From Mycobacteriales bacterium (lineage in GTDB: Bacteria > Actinomycetota > Actinomycetes > Mycobacteriales > DASULA01): DNA of 46,929 nucleotides. Location: assembly GCA_036566245.1 (NCBI GenBank), contig DATCWR010000108.1:1-46929 (forward strand). Reading direction: 5' to 3'. Below the pieces are notes generated by a model that did not search any database, was not told where the DNA came from, and saw nothing but the letters and a program-made list of their open reading frames with translations. The translations under genes were made by a program, and so were the position numbers. Within the stretch, counting starts at the first letter, position 1. Every line of letters starts with the position of its first letter. Of this stretch, positions 38,190 through 46,929 are shown one piece after another.

Positions 38190-39659
38190 TCAGGCGCCGT
38201 GGTAGAGGCGGGCCAGGTCGACCAGGTGGACGTCCGGTCGCGCGGACGCGGTACGTCGCAGTTCGGCGGTGAATCCGCCCCGGGAGAACAACAGCAGTCG
38301 GGGTGGCGCGTCGATCCGGTCGGACGGGACGAGTTCACGCAGGTGTTCCAGCCTGGTCAACTCGGCCTGTCCGATCGGTGCGGTGGTGCACTTCGCCTCA
38401 CCGATCGCCAACACCGCGTCGGCCTGGCCGGGCCTCTGCTGGCCCACCACCACGTCGAGTTCGTGGCCGGTCCGGTGCCGCGGGCAGGCCAGGGTTGCCG
38501 ACCGCACCGTGCTGGGCCGCCCGCCCAGGGTGTCCGGGCCAGCGTGCCAGCGGCACCACTGCCGGGCCAGTTCCTCGAAGTGCGGGCCGTAGATCCTTGA
38601 CCGCACGGTGTCAGCGTTGTCGGACCAGACCCGGCTGGCGGCCCCACCGACCAGGTCGGCCTCGTTGGGCGCGATGATCAGTTGGTGCAGTCGGATCACC
38701 GGTTCGGCGATGCGGTAGACCGGACGGCGTTGTCGGAACGCGTCGTCCACCCGTTCGACCAGTTGGGTGGCCGCCAGCACGGCCAACGGGTGGGCCAGGG
38801 TGTTGTCGGGGCGGCCCAACACCCCGGCGATCTCGCTGCGTCGGCACGAACCCCACGCGATCGCGGCGAGGACCGAGTAGTAGAGCCCCAGGTCGGCCAG
38901 GTGTGGTTCCTCGTGCAACAGCACCGCGCCCTCCCGGAACACCGCCCGGTCAGGGTTGAGCGGCCCGTGCGCCACCCACCTGTCGACATCGTCCGGGCCA
39001 TCGGGTGTGTCGCCGACCATGGCCCGGTAGGCCGGCGTGCCACCGACCAGGGCGTGTACCCGGAACGCCACGTCCGGGTCGGTGAGATTCCAGAACGTGG
39101 CTGCCTCGCGGAAGCTGAACGGGGCGAGCACCACCTCGTAGTCGGCACGTCCGCGCAGCGGAGCCGATCCGGCCAGCAGGCCGCGCATCACGTGCAGTGC
39201 GCTGCCGCACAGCACCAGCCGTGCCCGACTGCGGGTCCGGGCACGACCGAGCGGTTCCAGGGCGATCTGGAGGATCGAGGGCAGTGCCGGCTCGGAGTCG
39301 ATCAGGTAGGGAAACTCATCCAGCACGATCAGCGACGGCCCGTCACCGCGTTCGCCGAGCCTGAGCAGGAAGTCGATCGCCTGCTCCCAGTCGGCGAACG
39401 ACGGAACCGGTCCGTCCACGTGCGCCGCGTAGGCCCGGGCGAGTCGCTGGAGGTTCAGTGGGCCGGCCTGCGGGATGCCGGTGAAGATCAGACCACCGGT
39501 GGCCCGGGCCAGCAGGTCGAGCATGAGGGTCTTGCCCTGGCGACGCCGGCCGTACACCAGGGCCAGCCGGGCTCCCAGGCTCGTCGAGGTGGCGAAGTCC
39601 GCGAGCGTCGCCCAGGGGCGCTCCCGATCGTGCAGCTCGGCGGGCTTGGGAAGAGTCAC
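38190..39659 (-). CDS. AAA-type ATPase (Arch_ATPase-like) with C-terminal DUF234 / PD-(D/E)xK nuclease-like domain
   Basis: Walker A GRRRQGKTLM, Walker B LIVLDEFPYL, a central wHTH-like segment (YYSVLAAIAWGSCRRSEIAGVLG), and a C-terminal ELDVVV...AIGEAKC (D...ExK). Confidence 0.8.
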   Translation of the reverse strand: MTLPKPAELHDRERPWATLADFATSTSLGARLALVYGRRRQGKTLMLDLLARATGGLIFTGIPQAGPLNLQRLARAYAAHVDGPVPSFADWEQAIDFLLRLGERGDGPSLIVLDEFPYLIDSEPALPSILQIALEPLGRARTRSRARLVLCGSALHVMRGLLAGSAPLRGRADYEVVLAPFSFREAATFWNLTDPDVAFRVHALVGGTPAYRAMVGDTPDGPDDVDRWVAHGPLNPDRAVFREGAVLLHEEPHLADLGLYYSVLAAIAWGSCRRSEIAGVLGRPDNTLAHPLAVLAATQLVERVDDAFRQRRPVYRIAEPVIRLHQLIIAPNEADLVGGAASRVWSDNADTVRSRIYGPHFEELARQWCRWHAGPDTLGGRPSTVRSATLACPRHRTGHELDVVVGQQRPGQADAVLAIGEAKCTTAPIGQAELTRLEHLRELVPSDRIDAPPRLLLFSRGGFTAELRRTASARPDVHLVDLARLYHGA

Positions 39660-39664
39660 GGCGG

Positions 39665-39701
39665 AATGGTAACTCGACTTATTATAAGTCGAGTTACCAT
39701 T
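39665..39701. repeat. AT-rich perfect palindrome (18 + 1 + 18 nt) immediately upstream of the ATPase start codon
   Basis: AATGGTAACTCGACTTAT-T-ATAAGTCGAGTTACCATT, checked base by base. It starts 6 nt from GTG 39659 and is the most AT-rich block in its neighbourhood. Confidence 0.95.
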
Positions 39702-39745
39702 ACTCGGCGTGGCAGCTCAACGAACTCACTCCAGCCGGTTCGGTT

Positions 39746-39813
39746 CGACGTTTTCCCGCGAAAACGTCGTCCTGCGACCGGTTACCTGTGACGTTTTCGC
39801 GCGAAGACGTCAC
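39746..39813. repeat. two related palindromic hairpins (GACGTTTTC..GAAAACGTC family) about 43 nt apart
   Basis: H1 at 39746-39769 is CGACGTTTTC-CCGC-GAAAACGTCG. H2 at 39788-39813 is GTGACGTTTTCGC/GCGAAGACGTCAC with one T:G mismatch. They lie downstream of the M50 peptidase stop (39864) and could act as terminators. Confidence 0.8.
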
Positions 39814-39863
39814 TCAGGGCACCCAGTGGGGGACGGGTGCGGGTGGGTGGGGCGACTGCCTGG

Positions 39864-40604
39864 TCAGCGCAGAGCCGGGACGGGCACGTCCGAGAGCGGC
39901 AGCAGCCAGTAACCAGCCAGGGCCAGGGCGGCGAGGGTGACCAGGCCGAAGAACAGAACCCACACCAGTCCCGGCACGCCGGTCAGCCGGGCCAACTGGT
40001 CGGCGTCGGAGTTGCGGGCACGCCCGCGCCGCCGCTTGCGTTGCAGTTCGAACACCGGCCGTACCCCGGCGAACAGCAGGAACCAGGTGAAGAACGACGC
40101 GAACACCGCCTGGGTCGGCGCCGGGGCGAACCACGACACGGCAAACACCACCAGTCCGGTCACCAGGATCGACGCCACGCCGTAGGCGTTCCGGACGAAC
40201 ACCAGCATTCCAGCCAGCAGCGCGATGCTGATCCACAGCAGCGCGGTGATCCGGCCGGCCGCGAGCATCGCGGCGAACACCAGGCCGACCAGCGACGGAG
40301 CCAGGTACCCGGCCAGGCCGGTGGCCACCATGCCCGGTCCGGTGGCCCGCCCCCGGGACAGGGTCACCCCGGAGGTGTCCGAGTGCAGTCGGATGCCGTC
40401 CAGACGACGGCCGACCACCAGGGCGACCAGGGCGTGCCCGCCTTCATGCGCGATGGTGACCACGTTGCGGGCCACCAGCCACACGTCCCGGACCAGCACG
40501 GCGCTGCACGCCAACGCCGCGCAGACCAACAGAACCGCGGTCGACGGGTACGATTGGGTACCGGTCACCTGCTGCCACAGGTCAGAAAGTGTGGAGGGGT
40601 GCAC
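39864..40604 (-). CDS. M50-family (site-2-protease-like) membrane metallopeptidase
   Basis: HEGGHA zinc motif within a multi-TM protein. GTG 40604 has GAGGTGAG upstream. Confidence 0.75.
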   Translation of the reverse strand: MHPSTLSDLWQQVTGTQSYPSTAVLLVCAALACSAVLVRDVWLVARNVVTIAHEGGHALVALVVGRRLDGIRLHSDTSGVTLSRGRATGPGMVATGLAGYLAPSLVGLVFAAMLAAGRITALLWISIALLAGMLVFVRNAYGVASILVTGLVVFAVSWFAPAPTQAVFASFFTWFLLFAGVRPVFELQRKRRRGRARNSDADQLARLTGVPGLVWVLFFGLVTLAALALAGYWLLPLSDVPVPALR

Positions 40605-40724
40605 GTTCTCACCTCATCACCTCTCGTCTGGCGCCGGCACACCCGATCGCCCGGCGGCCGTAACCCTGCGACGGGGCGGCGTACGTCCCGGGTTCCCCGG
40701 AGCGGACAGAACTACCATCACGGC

Positions 40725-41585
40725 ATGACGACGATCGCGTTCCTCGGTCTGGGTGCCATGGGTGGTCGGATGGCCGGACGGCTGCTGGACGCCGGCACCA
40801 GCGTGGTGGTGTGGAACCGGACCCGGTCCAGGGCCGAGCCGCTGGCCGAACGGGGCGCCATCGTGGCTGACAGCCCGGCCGAGGCGGCCGCCGAGGCGGA
40901 CGTGGTGATCACCATGCTGGCCAACCCAGAGGCGCTGCGTGCGGTCACCGAGGGCCCGCACGGCCTGGCGTCGGGGGTACGGGCGTCCAGCACGGTGGTG
41001 GAGATGTCCACGGTCGGACCGGCGGCGGTCGCCCGGCTGGCCGCCGGGCTGCCGGTCGGTGTGGGACTCCTGGACGCCCCGGTGCTCGGCAGTATCACCG
41101 AGGCCGAGGCCGGCAGGCTGCGTGTGTTCGTGGGCGGGCCCACCCCGCTGGTCGAGGAGTGGATGCCGCTGTTGGGCACGTTCGGGTCGACGGTGCACGT
41201 GGGTCCCCTGGGTGCCGGCGCGGCGGCCAAGCTGGTGGTCAACTCCACCCTGTTTGGTGTACTGGGCCTGCTCGGGGAGGCCGTCGCGTTGGCCGACGGG
41301 CTCGGCCTGTCCCGGGATGCGGCGTTCGACGTGTTGTCCTCCTCGCCACTGGGCGCCCAGGTCGAGCGTCGCCGGCCCGCGATGGAGGGGGTGGACCGAC
41401 CGGTGCGTTTCTCGCTGTCGCTGGCGGTCAAGGACGCCGACCTGGTGGTCCAGGCGGCGACCGACGCGGGGGTTGACGTTCGGCTCGCCCCGGCGGTTCG
41501 GGACTGGCTGCTCGACGCCGAACGGGCCGGCTTGGGCGCGCGGGACTACTCGGCGGTGTTGTCCCGCATCCTGGCCTCCCGCTGA
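40725..41585 (+). CDS. NAD(P)-dependent oxidoreductase (3-hydroxyisobutyrate/6-phosphogluconate dehydrogenase family)
   Basis: MTTIAFLGLGAMGGRMAGRL Rossmann motif, with GAGAAAKLVVN in the catalytic region. Confidence 0.85.
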   Translation: MTTIAFLGLGAMGGRMAGRLLDAGTSVVVWNRTRSRAEPLAERGAIVADSPAEAAAEADVVITMLANPEALRAVTEGPHGLASGVRASSTVVEMSTVGPAAVARLAAGLPVGVGLLDAPVLGSITEAEAGRLRVFVGGPTPLVEEWMPLLGTFGSTVHVGPLGAGAAAKLVVNSTLFGVLGLLGEAVALADGLGLSRDAAFDVLSSSPLGAQVERRRPAMEGVDRPVRFSLSLAVKDADLVVQAATDAGVDVRLAPAVRDWLLDAERAGLGARDYSAVLSRILASR

Positions 41586-41612
41586 GGGCGGACACCCGGT
41601 TCCGGCCGCCGG

Positions 41613-42041
41613 TCAGGTCTGGGCGTCGAGTCTGCCGAGCAGTCGGAGTAGTTGGTCGCGTTCGTCGGCGGTGAGCCGGCCGAACAGTTGCCGGCCGGCC
41701 TCGGCGCTGGCCGCGGTCAGTTTGGCGCACAGTTCCTGGCCGTGCGCGGTGGGCACCAGCAGCAGGGTGCGGCGGTCAGCCGGGTTCGGCTGCCGGTTGA
41801 CCAGGCCGGCGCGTTCCAGCGCGTCGACGACCTCGGTGGCCGACCGGGGAGCGATCTTCAGCCGGCCGGCCAGGTCGGCGATCCGCAGTGGCTGGGGCGC
41901 CTCGATCACCTCGTACAGGGCGCGCCCCTGCGAGGGGGTCAGGTCCAGCGGCGCGAGTTGGTGCAGGGCCCACTGGTGTAGTCGCTTGGAGACGCGGAAG
42001 AACAGCCGAACCAGTTCGGTGGTGGTGTCCGGGGAGGTCAT
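41613..42041 (-). CDS. MarR family transcriptional regulator
   Basis: LTPSQGRALYEV, RIADLAGRLKIAPRSATEVVDALERAGLV and DRRTLLLVPT. Divergent from the MFS gene. Confidence 0.85.
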   Translation of the reverse strand: MTSPDTTTELVRLFFRVSKRLHQWALHQLAPLDLTPSQGRALYEVIEAPQPLRIADLAGRLKIAPRSATEVVDALERAGLVNRQPNPADRRTLLLVPTAHGQELCAKLTAASAEAGRQLFGRLTADERDQLLRLLGRLDAQT

Positions 42042-42223
42042 GTCCGGCTCCACTGTTGGCATAGGAAGTCCATAGCGTGGTTTACCATATCGCGAGGTAG
42101 CCTCATTATGAGCTTTGCTCTGAAATCTGACGTACGATCCGGTCCGGGAGAACTGTCGAATCCCGCGTGAACACTGCCGCCCGCGGACACCGGCAGGCCA
42201 GCAGACCAGGCCACGGAGGCTCG

Positions 42224-43843
42224 ATGACCAGCAACACACCCACCGCGTCGGCTCCGCCCCATCCCGGCGGACCCGGCCCGGACGGTTACCTGTCGCACCG
42301 GCAGATCCTGGTCGTGCTCGGCGGCATCATGGCCGGAATGCTGCTGGCCGCCCTGGACCAGAGCATCGTCAGCACGGCGCTCCCGGTCGTGGTCAGTGAC
42401 CTGGGCGGTCTGGACAAACTGTCCTGGGTGATCACCGCCTACCTGCTCACCTCCACGGCGGCCACCCCCCTGTGGGGGAAGATCTCCGACCTGTACGGGC
42501 GGCGGCTGATCTTCCAGTTGGCCATCGGCATCTTCATCGTTGGCTCGGCGCTGTGTGGTCTGTCCCAGAACATGCCTGAACTGATCGTCTTCCGGGCGTT
42601 CCAGGGCATCGGCGGCGGCGGTCTGATGTCCATCGCGTTCGCGATCATCGGCGACGTGATCCCGCCGCGGGAACGCGGTCGGTACCAGGGCTACTTCGGC
42701 GCCGTGTTCGGTCTGTCCAGTGTGGCCGGCCCGCTGCTCGGTGGCTGGTTCACCGACGGTCCGGGCTGGCGGTGGATCTTCTACGTGAACCTGCCGGTGG
42801 GAATCGCCGCCCTGGTCATCACCTCGGTGGCACTGAAGCTGCCCACGGTGCGCCGGGAACACCGGATCGACTACCTGGGTGCCGCCGTGATCATCGGTGC
42901 GGTCAGCTCGCTGTTGCTCTACCTGAACTGGGCCGGAATCGCCTACGGCTGGACCGCGCCCGGCCCGCTGGCCCTGCTCGCCGGGTTCGTCCTGCTGGGC
43001 GTGCTGTTCGTGCTGGTCGAACTGCGGGCGGTCGAACCGATCATCCCGATGCGCCTGTTCGCCAACCCGGTGTTCCGGGTCGGCAACCTGTACGGGTTCC
43101 TGGCCGGTGTGGCGATGTTCGGCGGGGTCATCTTCCTGCCGCTGTACATGCAGGCCGTGCTCGGGTACTCGCCGACCGCGTCGGGCCTGGCCATGCTGCC
43201 CGCGGTGATCGGCATCTTCACCACCTCGATCAGTTCCGGGCAGGCGATCACCCGGACCGGCCGGTACAAGATCTACCCGATCCTCGGGGCGGCGATCCTG
43301 GTCGGTGCGCTGGGCGGGCTGGCCGTGCTGGGCACCGACACGCCGTACTGGCAACTGGCCGTGACCGAGTTCATCTTCGGTGCCGGTCTGGGCCTGACCA
43401 TGCAGACGATCGTCACCGCCGTGCAGAACTCGGTGGAGTTCCGGGACATGGGGGTGGCCACCAGTTCCACCACGTTCTTCCGCCAGATGGGCGCCTCTAT
43501 CGGGACCGCGGTGTTCGGCGCGGTGCTGGCCAGCCGACTGAGCACCCACCTGGCCGACCAGTTCGCGCACGCCCCGGCCGGGCTGGCCGGCGGTGCCGGC
43601 GCGGTGAACGTCGACGCGAACGACGTCCAGGCGATCGCCCGACTGGCCGCGCCGGTCCGGGAACTGGTGCTCCGGGCGTTCGCCGACGCACTGGACGACG
43701 TGTTCCTGGTCGGGGTGCCGTTCGTGGTGATCGCACTGGTGACCGCGCTGTTCCTCAAGGAGATTCCGCTGCGTAGTCGCGACGATCGGCCGGCTACCCC
43801 CTCGTCAGCCGGCGATGACCCTGTGCTGGCCGACGCCCGCTGA
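42224..43843 (+). CDS. MFS transporter, DHA2 (14-TM, EmrB/QacA-like) efflux family
   Basis: ATG 42224 has GGAGG upstream. LDQSIVSTALP, GKISDLYGRR and FQGIGGGG motifs. About 14 hydrophobic segments. Confidence 0.85.
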   Translation: MTSNTPTASAPPHPGGPGPDGYLSHRQILVVLGGIMAGMLLAALDQSIVSTALPVVVSDLGGLDKLSWVITAYLLTSTAATPLWGKISDLYGRRLIFQLAIGIFIVGSALCGLSQNMPELIVFRAFQGIGGGGLMSIAFAIIGDVIPPRERGRYQGYFGAVFGLSSVAGPLLGGWFTDGPGWRWIFYVNLPVGIAALVITSVALKLPTVRREHRIDYLGAAVIIGAVSSLLLYLNWAGIAYGWTAPGPLALLAGFVLLGVLFVLVELRAVEPIIPMRLFANPVFRVGNLYGFLAGVAMFGGVIFLPLYMQAVLGYSPTASGLAMLPAVIGIFTTSISSGQAITRTGRYKIYPILGAAILVGALGGLAVLGTDTPYWQLAVTEFIFGAGLGLTMQTIVTAVQNSVEFRDMGVATSSTTFFRQMGASIGTAVFGAVLASRLSTHLADQFAHAPAGLAGGAGAVNVDANDVQAIARLAAPVRELVLRAFADALDDVFLVGVPFVVIALVTALFLKEIPLRSRDDRPATPSSAGDDPVLADAR

Positions 43844-43949
43844 TCCGGCGACCGGACCCGGCCGGTTCGGCGCGCGGACCGGCCGGCCGGGTGTCACCCT
43901 CGGGCGAGGGGCTGGCGATGCCGGCTCGGCGGCTCGACCGGGGGGATCC

Positions 43950-44696
43950 ATGTCGCACACCAGGCGGGAAGACTTTCCCTGGGAGATCAACGTTCCCGAC
44001 CACCCGGAGCGCACCAACAGTCCCGGCTACCGCCGCAGCCGGAAGTTGATGATCAGAATCGTGCAGACCACCCAGCCCTGGCCGCTGGGCGACCAGCCGT
44101 ACCAGGACCACCACGGCGGTGGGATCTGGGTGAAGGACGCCCAGGGGTGGCTGCTGGTCATGGGCCTGGCCGGCATGGAGTGGTCAGCACAGTTCTGCGC
44201 TGATCCGGCCAAGGTGGACATCCTGCGGCAGACCGCGGCGCGGGTGGTGGCCGGGTTTCCCGAGACCCTGCCCGGATACGTCGAACTGGGCTACCACGAC
44301 GCGGCCGACCTGCTGGCAACACCGATCACCAGCCCGGAGACGGTCGCCTCCTGGGCCGACGGCATCTTCAACGCGTCCATTCCGCTGCCGGCCACCATGC
44401 ACACCGGGGTGCGCCCGAAGGGTGCCGGTTACCACCACTATCCCAAGCCGATCGTGGACATCCTCACCTTCAAGCGGGACGACTTCGACCTGTTCGTGGA
44501 CGACGAGGAGGGCCGGACCGTGGCGGTGACCCCGATGGCACCCCGGTTCAGCGGTGACGGCCGGGTCGCGGTGGCCTGGGCACCGCCGGACTCGCCGCTC
44601 GCCCCGAGACTGGCCGAGGCCGAACGGGCCGGCCAGCGACTCGTGCTGGCCGACACCCACCCACTGGCCCACCGCGCCTTCGCCCGCCAGACCTGA
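43950..44696 (+). CDS. hypothetical protein (248 aa), no motif recognised
   Basis: Protein-like composition and GC3-rich codons. ATG 43950. Confidence 0.5.
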   Translation: MSHTRREDFPWEINVPDHPERTNSPGYRRSRKLMIRIVQTTQPWPLGDQPYQDHHGGGIWVKDAQGWLLVMGLAGMEWSAQFCADPAKVDILRQTAARVVAGFPETLPGYVELGYHDAADLLATPITSPETVASWADGIFNASIPLPATMHTGVRPKGAGYHHYPKPIVDILTFKRDDFDLFVDDEEGRTVAVTPMAPRFSGDGRVAVAWAPPDSPLAPRLAEAERAGQRLVLADTHPLAHRAFARQT

Positions 44697-44715
44697 CCCG
44701 CGTTCCCACGCTGTC

Positions 44716-44749
44716 TGGTGGGGGTTTCAGCGCGAAAACCCCCACCAGG
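44716..44749. terminator. 13-bp stem-loop between convergent genes
   Basis: CTGGTGGGGGTTT (44716-44728) pairs with AAACCCCCACCAG (44737-44749) around an 8-nt loop. Flanked by a second pairing, GTTCCC with GGGAAC. Confidence 0.6.
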
Positions 44750-44815
44750 GAACCGGTGACCGGCGCGGGTTTCCCACGGTGGGGGCGCGACGAACAGCGT
44801 GCGGGTCAGTTGACG

Positions 44816-46929
44816 CTAGAGCTGGTTCACGTCGGTGATGTGCAGGACGGCGGCGCCGGCCTCGTCTGAGGCGGCCAGGTCAACCTCGGCGCTGATGCCC
44901 CAGTCGTGGTCGCCGGCCGGGTCGTCGAAGATCTGCCGCACCACCCACCGCTGCGGGTCCTGTTCCGGCTCGGGTTTGATGATCAGCAATGCCGGGCCAC
45001 GGGCGTCCGGGCCGGTACCGATCCGGTCGTGTTCGTCGAAGTACGGTTCCAGCGCCTCGGCCCAGGCGTCGGCGTCCCACCCGTCGGCGGAGTCGAGTTC
45101 GCCCAGGTCGTGGTAGCGGCGCAGCGCGGCAAGCTCGACCCGGCGGAACAGCGCGTTGCGGACCAACACCCGGAAGGCCCGCACGTTCGCGGTCACCGCC
45201 GGCGGCTGGTCACCACGGCGGGTCACCGGGGCGGTGTCCTCCTCGGTCGGGTTGCGCAGCTTCTCCCACTCGTCGAGCAGGCTGGAGTCCACCTGGCGGA
45301 CCAGTTCACCCAGCCACTCGGTCAGGTCGTCGATCTGTTCGTCCTTGGCCTCCTCGGGCACGGTCTGGCGCAGCGCCTTGTAGGCGTCGGCCAGGTAGCG
45401 CAGCACCAGACCCTCGGACCGGGACAGGTTGTAGTAGGCCACGTACTCGGCGAAGGTCATCGCCCGCTCGTACAGGTCGCGGGCCACCGACTTGGGCGCC
45501 AGTTCGTAGTCGGTCACCCACGGGTGCCCGCGCCGGTACATGTCGTAGGCGGCCTCCAGCAGTTCGTCCAGCGGTTTGGGGTAGGTGACCGACTCGAGTA
45601 GTTCCATCCGCTCGTCGTACTCGATACCGTCGGCCTTCATCTGTGCCACCGCCTCGCCGCGGGCCCGGAACTGCTGGGCCGACAGCACCTGCCGCGGATT
45701 GTCCAGAGTGGACTCTATGGTGGACAGCACGTCCAGGGCGTAGCTGGGCGAGGCCGGGTCGAGCAGTTCGATCGCGGCCAGTGCGAACGGCGACAGCGGC
45801 TGGTTCAGTGCGAAGTCCAGTTGCAGGTCGACGGTCAGCCGCACGGTACGGCCCTGCTCGTCGGGGGTGTCCAGCCGTTCGACCACCCCGGCGGCCAGCA
45901 GAGCCCGGTAGATGGCGATGGCCCGCCGGACGTGCCGGACCTGGGCCGGACGGGACTCGTGGTTGTCCAACAGCAGGTGGCGCATGGCCGCGAACGCGTC
46001 GCCGGGCCGGTTCACCACGTTGAGCAGCATGGAGTGGCTGACAGTGAAACTGGAGGTCAGCGGTTCGGGTTCGGCAGCGACCAGCCGCTCGAACGTGGGC
46101 CGGCCCCAGGACACGAATCCCTCGGGCGGCTTCTTGCGGACCACCTTTCGGCGTTTCTTCGGGTCGTCGCCGGCCTTGGCCAGGGCCCTTTCGTTCTCGA
46201 TCGCGTGTTCGGGGGCCTGTACCACCACGCCACCGACCGTGTCGTAGCCGGCCCGTCCGGCCCGGCCGGCGATCTGGTGGAACTCACGGGCCTTGAGGTG
46301 CCGGGTCCTCACACCGTCGTACTTGGACAGTGCGGTGAACAGCACGGTGCGGATCGGCACGTTGATGCCCACACCGAGGGTGTCGGTGCCGCAGATCACC
46401 TTGAGCAGGCCGGCCTGGGCCAGGGTCTCGACCAGTCGACGGTACTTGGGCAGCATGCCGGCGTGGTGCACCCCGATGCCGTGCCGGACCAGCCGGGACA
46501 GCGTCTTGCCGAACCCGGCGGTGAACCGGAAACCGCCGACCATCGCGGCGATGGCGTCCTTCTCCGCGCGGCTGCACACGTTGATGCTCATCAGTGCCTG
46601 GGCTCGTTCCAGCGCCGATGCCTGGGTGAAGTGCACCACGTAGATCGGGGCCTGCCCACCGGCCAGCAGGTCCTCCAGGGTTTCGTGCAGCGGGGTGGTG
46701 GCGTAGGAGTAGATCAGCGGCACTGGGCGTTCGGTCGAACTGACCACGGCGGTGGGCCGACCGGTGCGGCGGGTCAGGTCCTGTTCGAACCGGGTCACGT
46801 CGCCGAGCGTCGCCGACATCAGTACGAACTGCGCGCGGGGCAGTTCCAGTAGGGGCACCTGCCAGGCCCAGCCCCGGTCCGGGTCGGCGTAGAAATGGAA
46901 CTCGTCCATCACCACCTGGCCGACATCGG
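44816..46929 (-). CDS. Ski2-like DExH-box helicase, 5'-truncated by the window edge
   Basis: Motif II DEFH at the window edge (DVGQVVMDEFHFY), then SAT (LMSATLG), motif VI QIAGRAGRAG, and a long helical C-terminal extension. Confidence 0.85.
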   Translation of the reverse strand, partial: DVGQVVMDEFHFYADPDRGWAWQVPLLELPRAQFVLMSATLGDVTRFEQDLTRRTGRPTAVVSSTERPVPLIYSYATTPLHETLEDLLAGGQAPIYVVHFTQASALERAQALMSINVCSRAEKDAIAAMVGGFRFTAGFGKTLSRLVRHGIGVHHAGMLPKYRRLVETLAQAGLLKVICGTDTLGVGINVPIRTVLFTALSKYDGVRTRHLKAREFHQIAGRAGRAGYDTVGGVVVQAPEHAIENERALAKAGDDPKKRRKVVRKKPPEGFVSWGRPTFERLVAAEPEPLTSSFTVSHSMLLNVVNRPGDAFAAMRHLLLDNHESRPAQVRHVRRAIAIYRALLAAGVVERLDTPDEQGRTVRLTVDLQLDFALNQPLSPFALAAIELLDPASPSYALDVLSTIESTLDNPRQVLSAQQFRARGEAVAQMKADGIEYDERMELLESVTYPKPLDELLEAAYDMYRRGHPWVTDYELAPKSVARDLYERAMTFAEYVAYYNLSRSEGLVLRYLADAYKALRQTVPEEAKDEQIDDLTEWLGELVRQVDSSLLDEWEKLRNPTEEDTAPVTRRGDQPPAVTANVRAFRVLVRNALFRRVELAALRRYHDLGELDSADGWDADAWAEALEPYFDEHDRIGTGPDARGPALLIIKPEPEQDPQRWVVRQIFDDPAGDHDWGISAEVDLAASDEAGAAVLHITDVNQL

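Noticed and set aside
39665-39701. Considered whether the AT-rich palindrome is an actinobacterial LexA SOS box
   Set aside because: The SOS box consensus is TCGAAC-N4-GTTCGA. This sequence (CTCGAC-N9-GTCGAG core) does not match in either half-site or spacing.
38682-39791. 369-aa ORF antisense to the ATPase gene
   Set aside because: Walker A/B motifs lie on the opposite strand. There are no motifs in this frame.
39837-40724. N-terminal 296 codons of tracked ORF 39837..41585
   Set aside because: This part is antisense to the M50 peptidase and is Gln/Arg/His/Pro filler. The real oxidoreductase starts at MTTIAFLGLGAMGG (40725).
42038-43570. 510-aa ORF antisense to the MFS transporter
   Set aside because: The MFS gene has clear DHA2 motifs and TM periodicity. 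The antisense product is highly charged filler.
45821-46852. 343-aa ORF antisense to the helicase
   Set aside because: Helicase motifs II, III and VI are on the minus strand.

Overview
This is a very GC-rich actinomycete chromosomal segment (Micromonosporaceae-like gene content; GC judged by eye, not computed). It holds about 45 protein-coding genes. I saw no rRNA or tRNA genes, no CRISPR array and no transposase or integrase. From left to right: a P450 fragment, a secreted HAD acid phosphatase, and a sulfate ABC importer operon (sbp-cysT-cysW-cysA) next to an Rrf2 regulator. Next come a methyltransferase and an HhH protein, then a same-strand trio of a His-rich surface protein, a class F sortase and a multicopper oxidase. 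A compact non-reducing whiE-like type II PKS cluster spans 11.3-22.0 kb. It comprises an FAD hydroxylase, a TcmI cyclase, a cupin, KS-alpha, CLF, an ACP fused to an SRPBCC cyclase, a DUF1772 protein and an ABM oxygenase, plus its own multi-subunit acetyl-CoA carboxylase with a fused AccD-AccA. After that come a LigB-type extradiol dioxygenase and a tricorn-like protease. A five-gene operon follows (tandem YbaB, EspC-like, a WxG protein with a hydrophobic segment, and two paralogous small proteins); it resembles an orphan mycobacterial espACD-type type VII secretion cargo module. The rest is housekeeping or accessory: HAD, two GNATs, an orphan HTH antitoxin-like gene in a lower-GC islet, Fic, DUF5302, DinB, DUF1232, GPP34, an APC permease, an ATPase with a DUF234-type nuclease tail, an M50 peptidase, an oxidoreductase, a MarR/MFS pair and a truncated DExH helicase. 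The candidates I rate highest for novelty are the esp-like T7SS cargo locus, the sortase F/His-rich protein/multicopper oxidase surface module, and the ACP-cyclase fusion within the PKS cluster. All functional calls come from reading motifs in the supplied translations. No database search was run.
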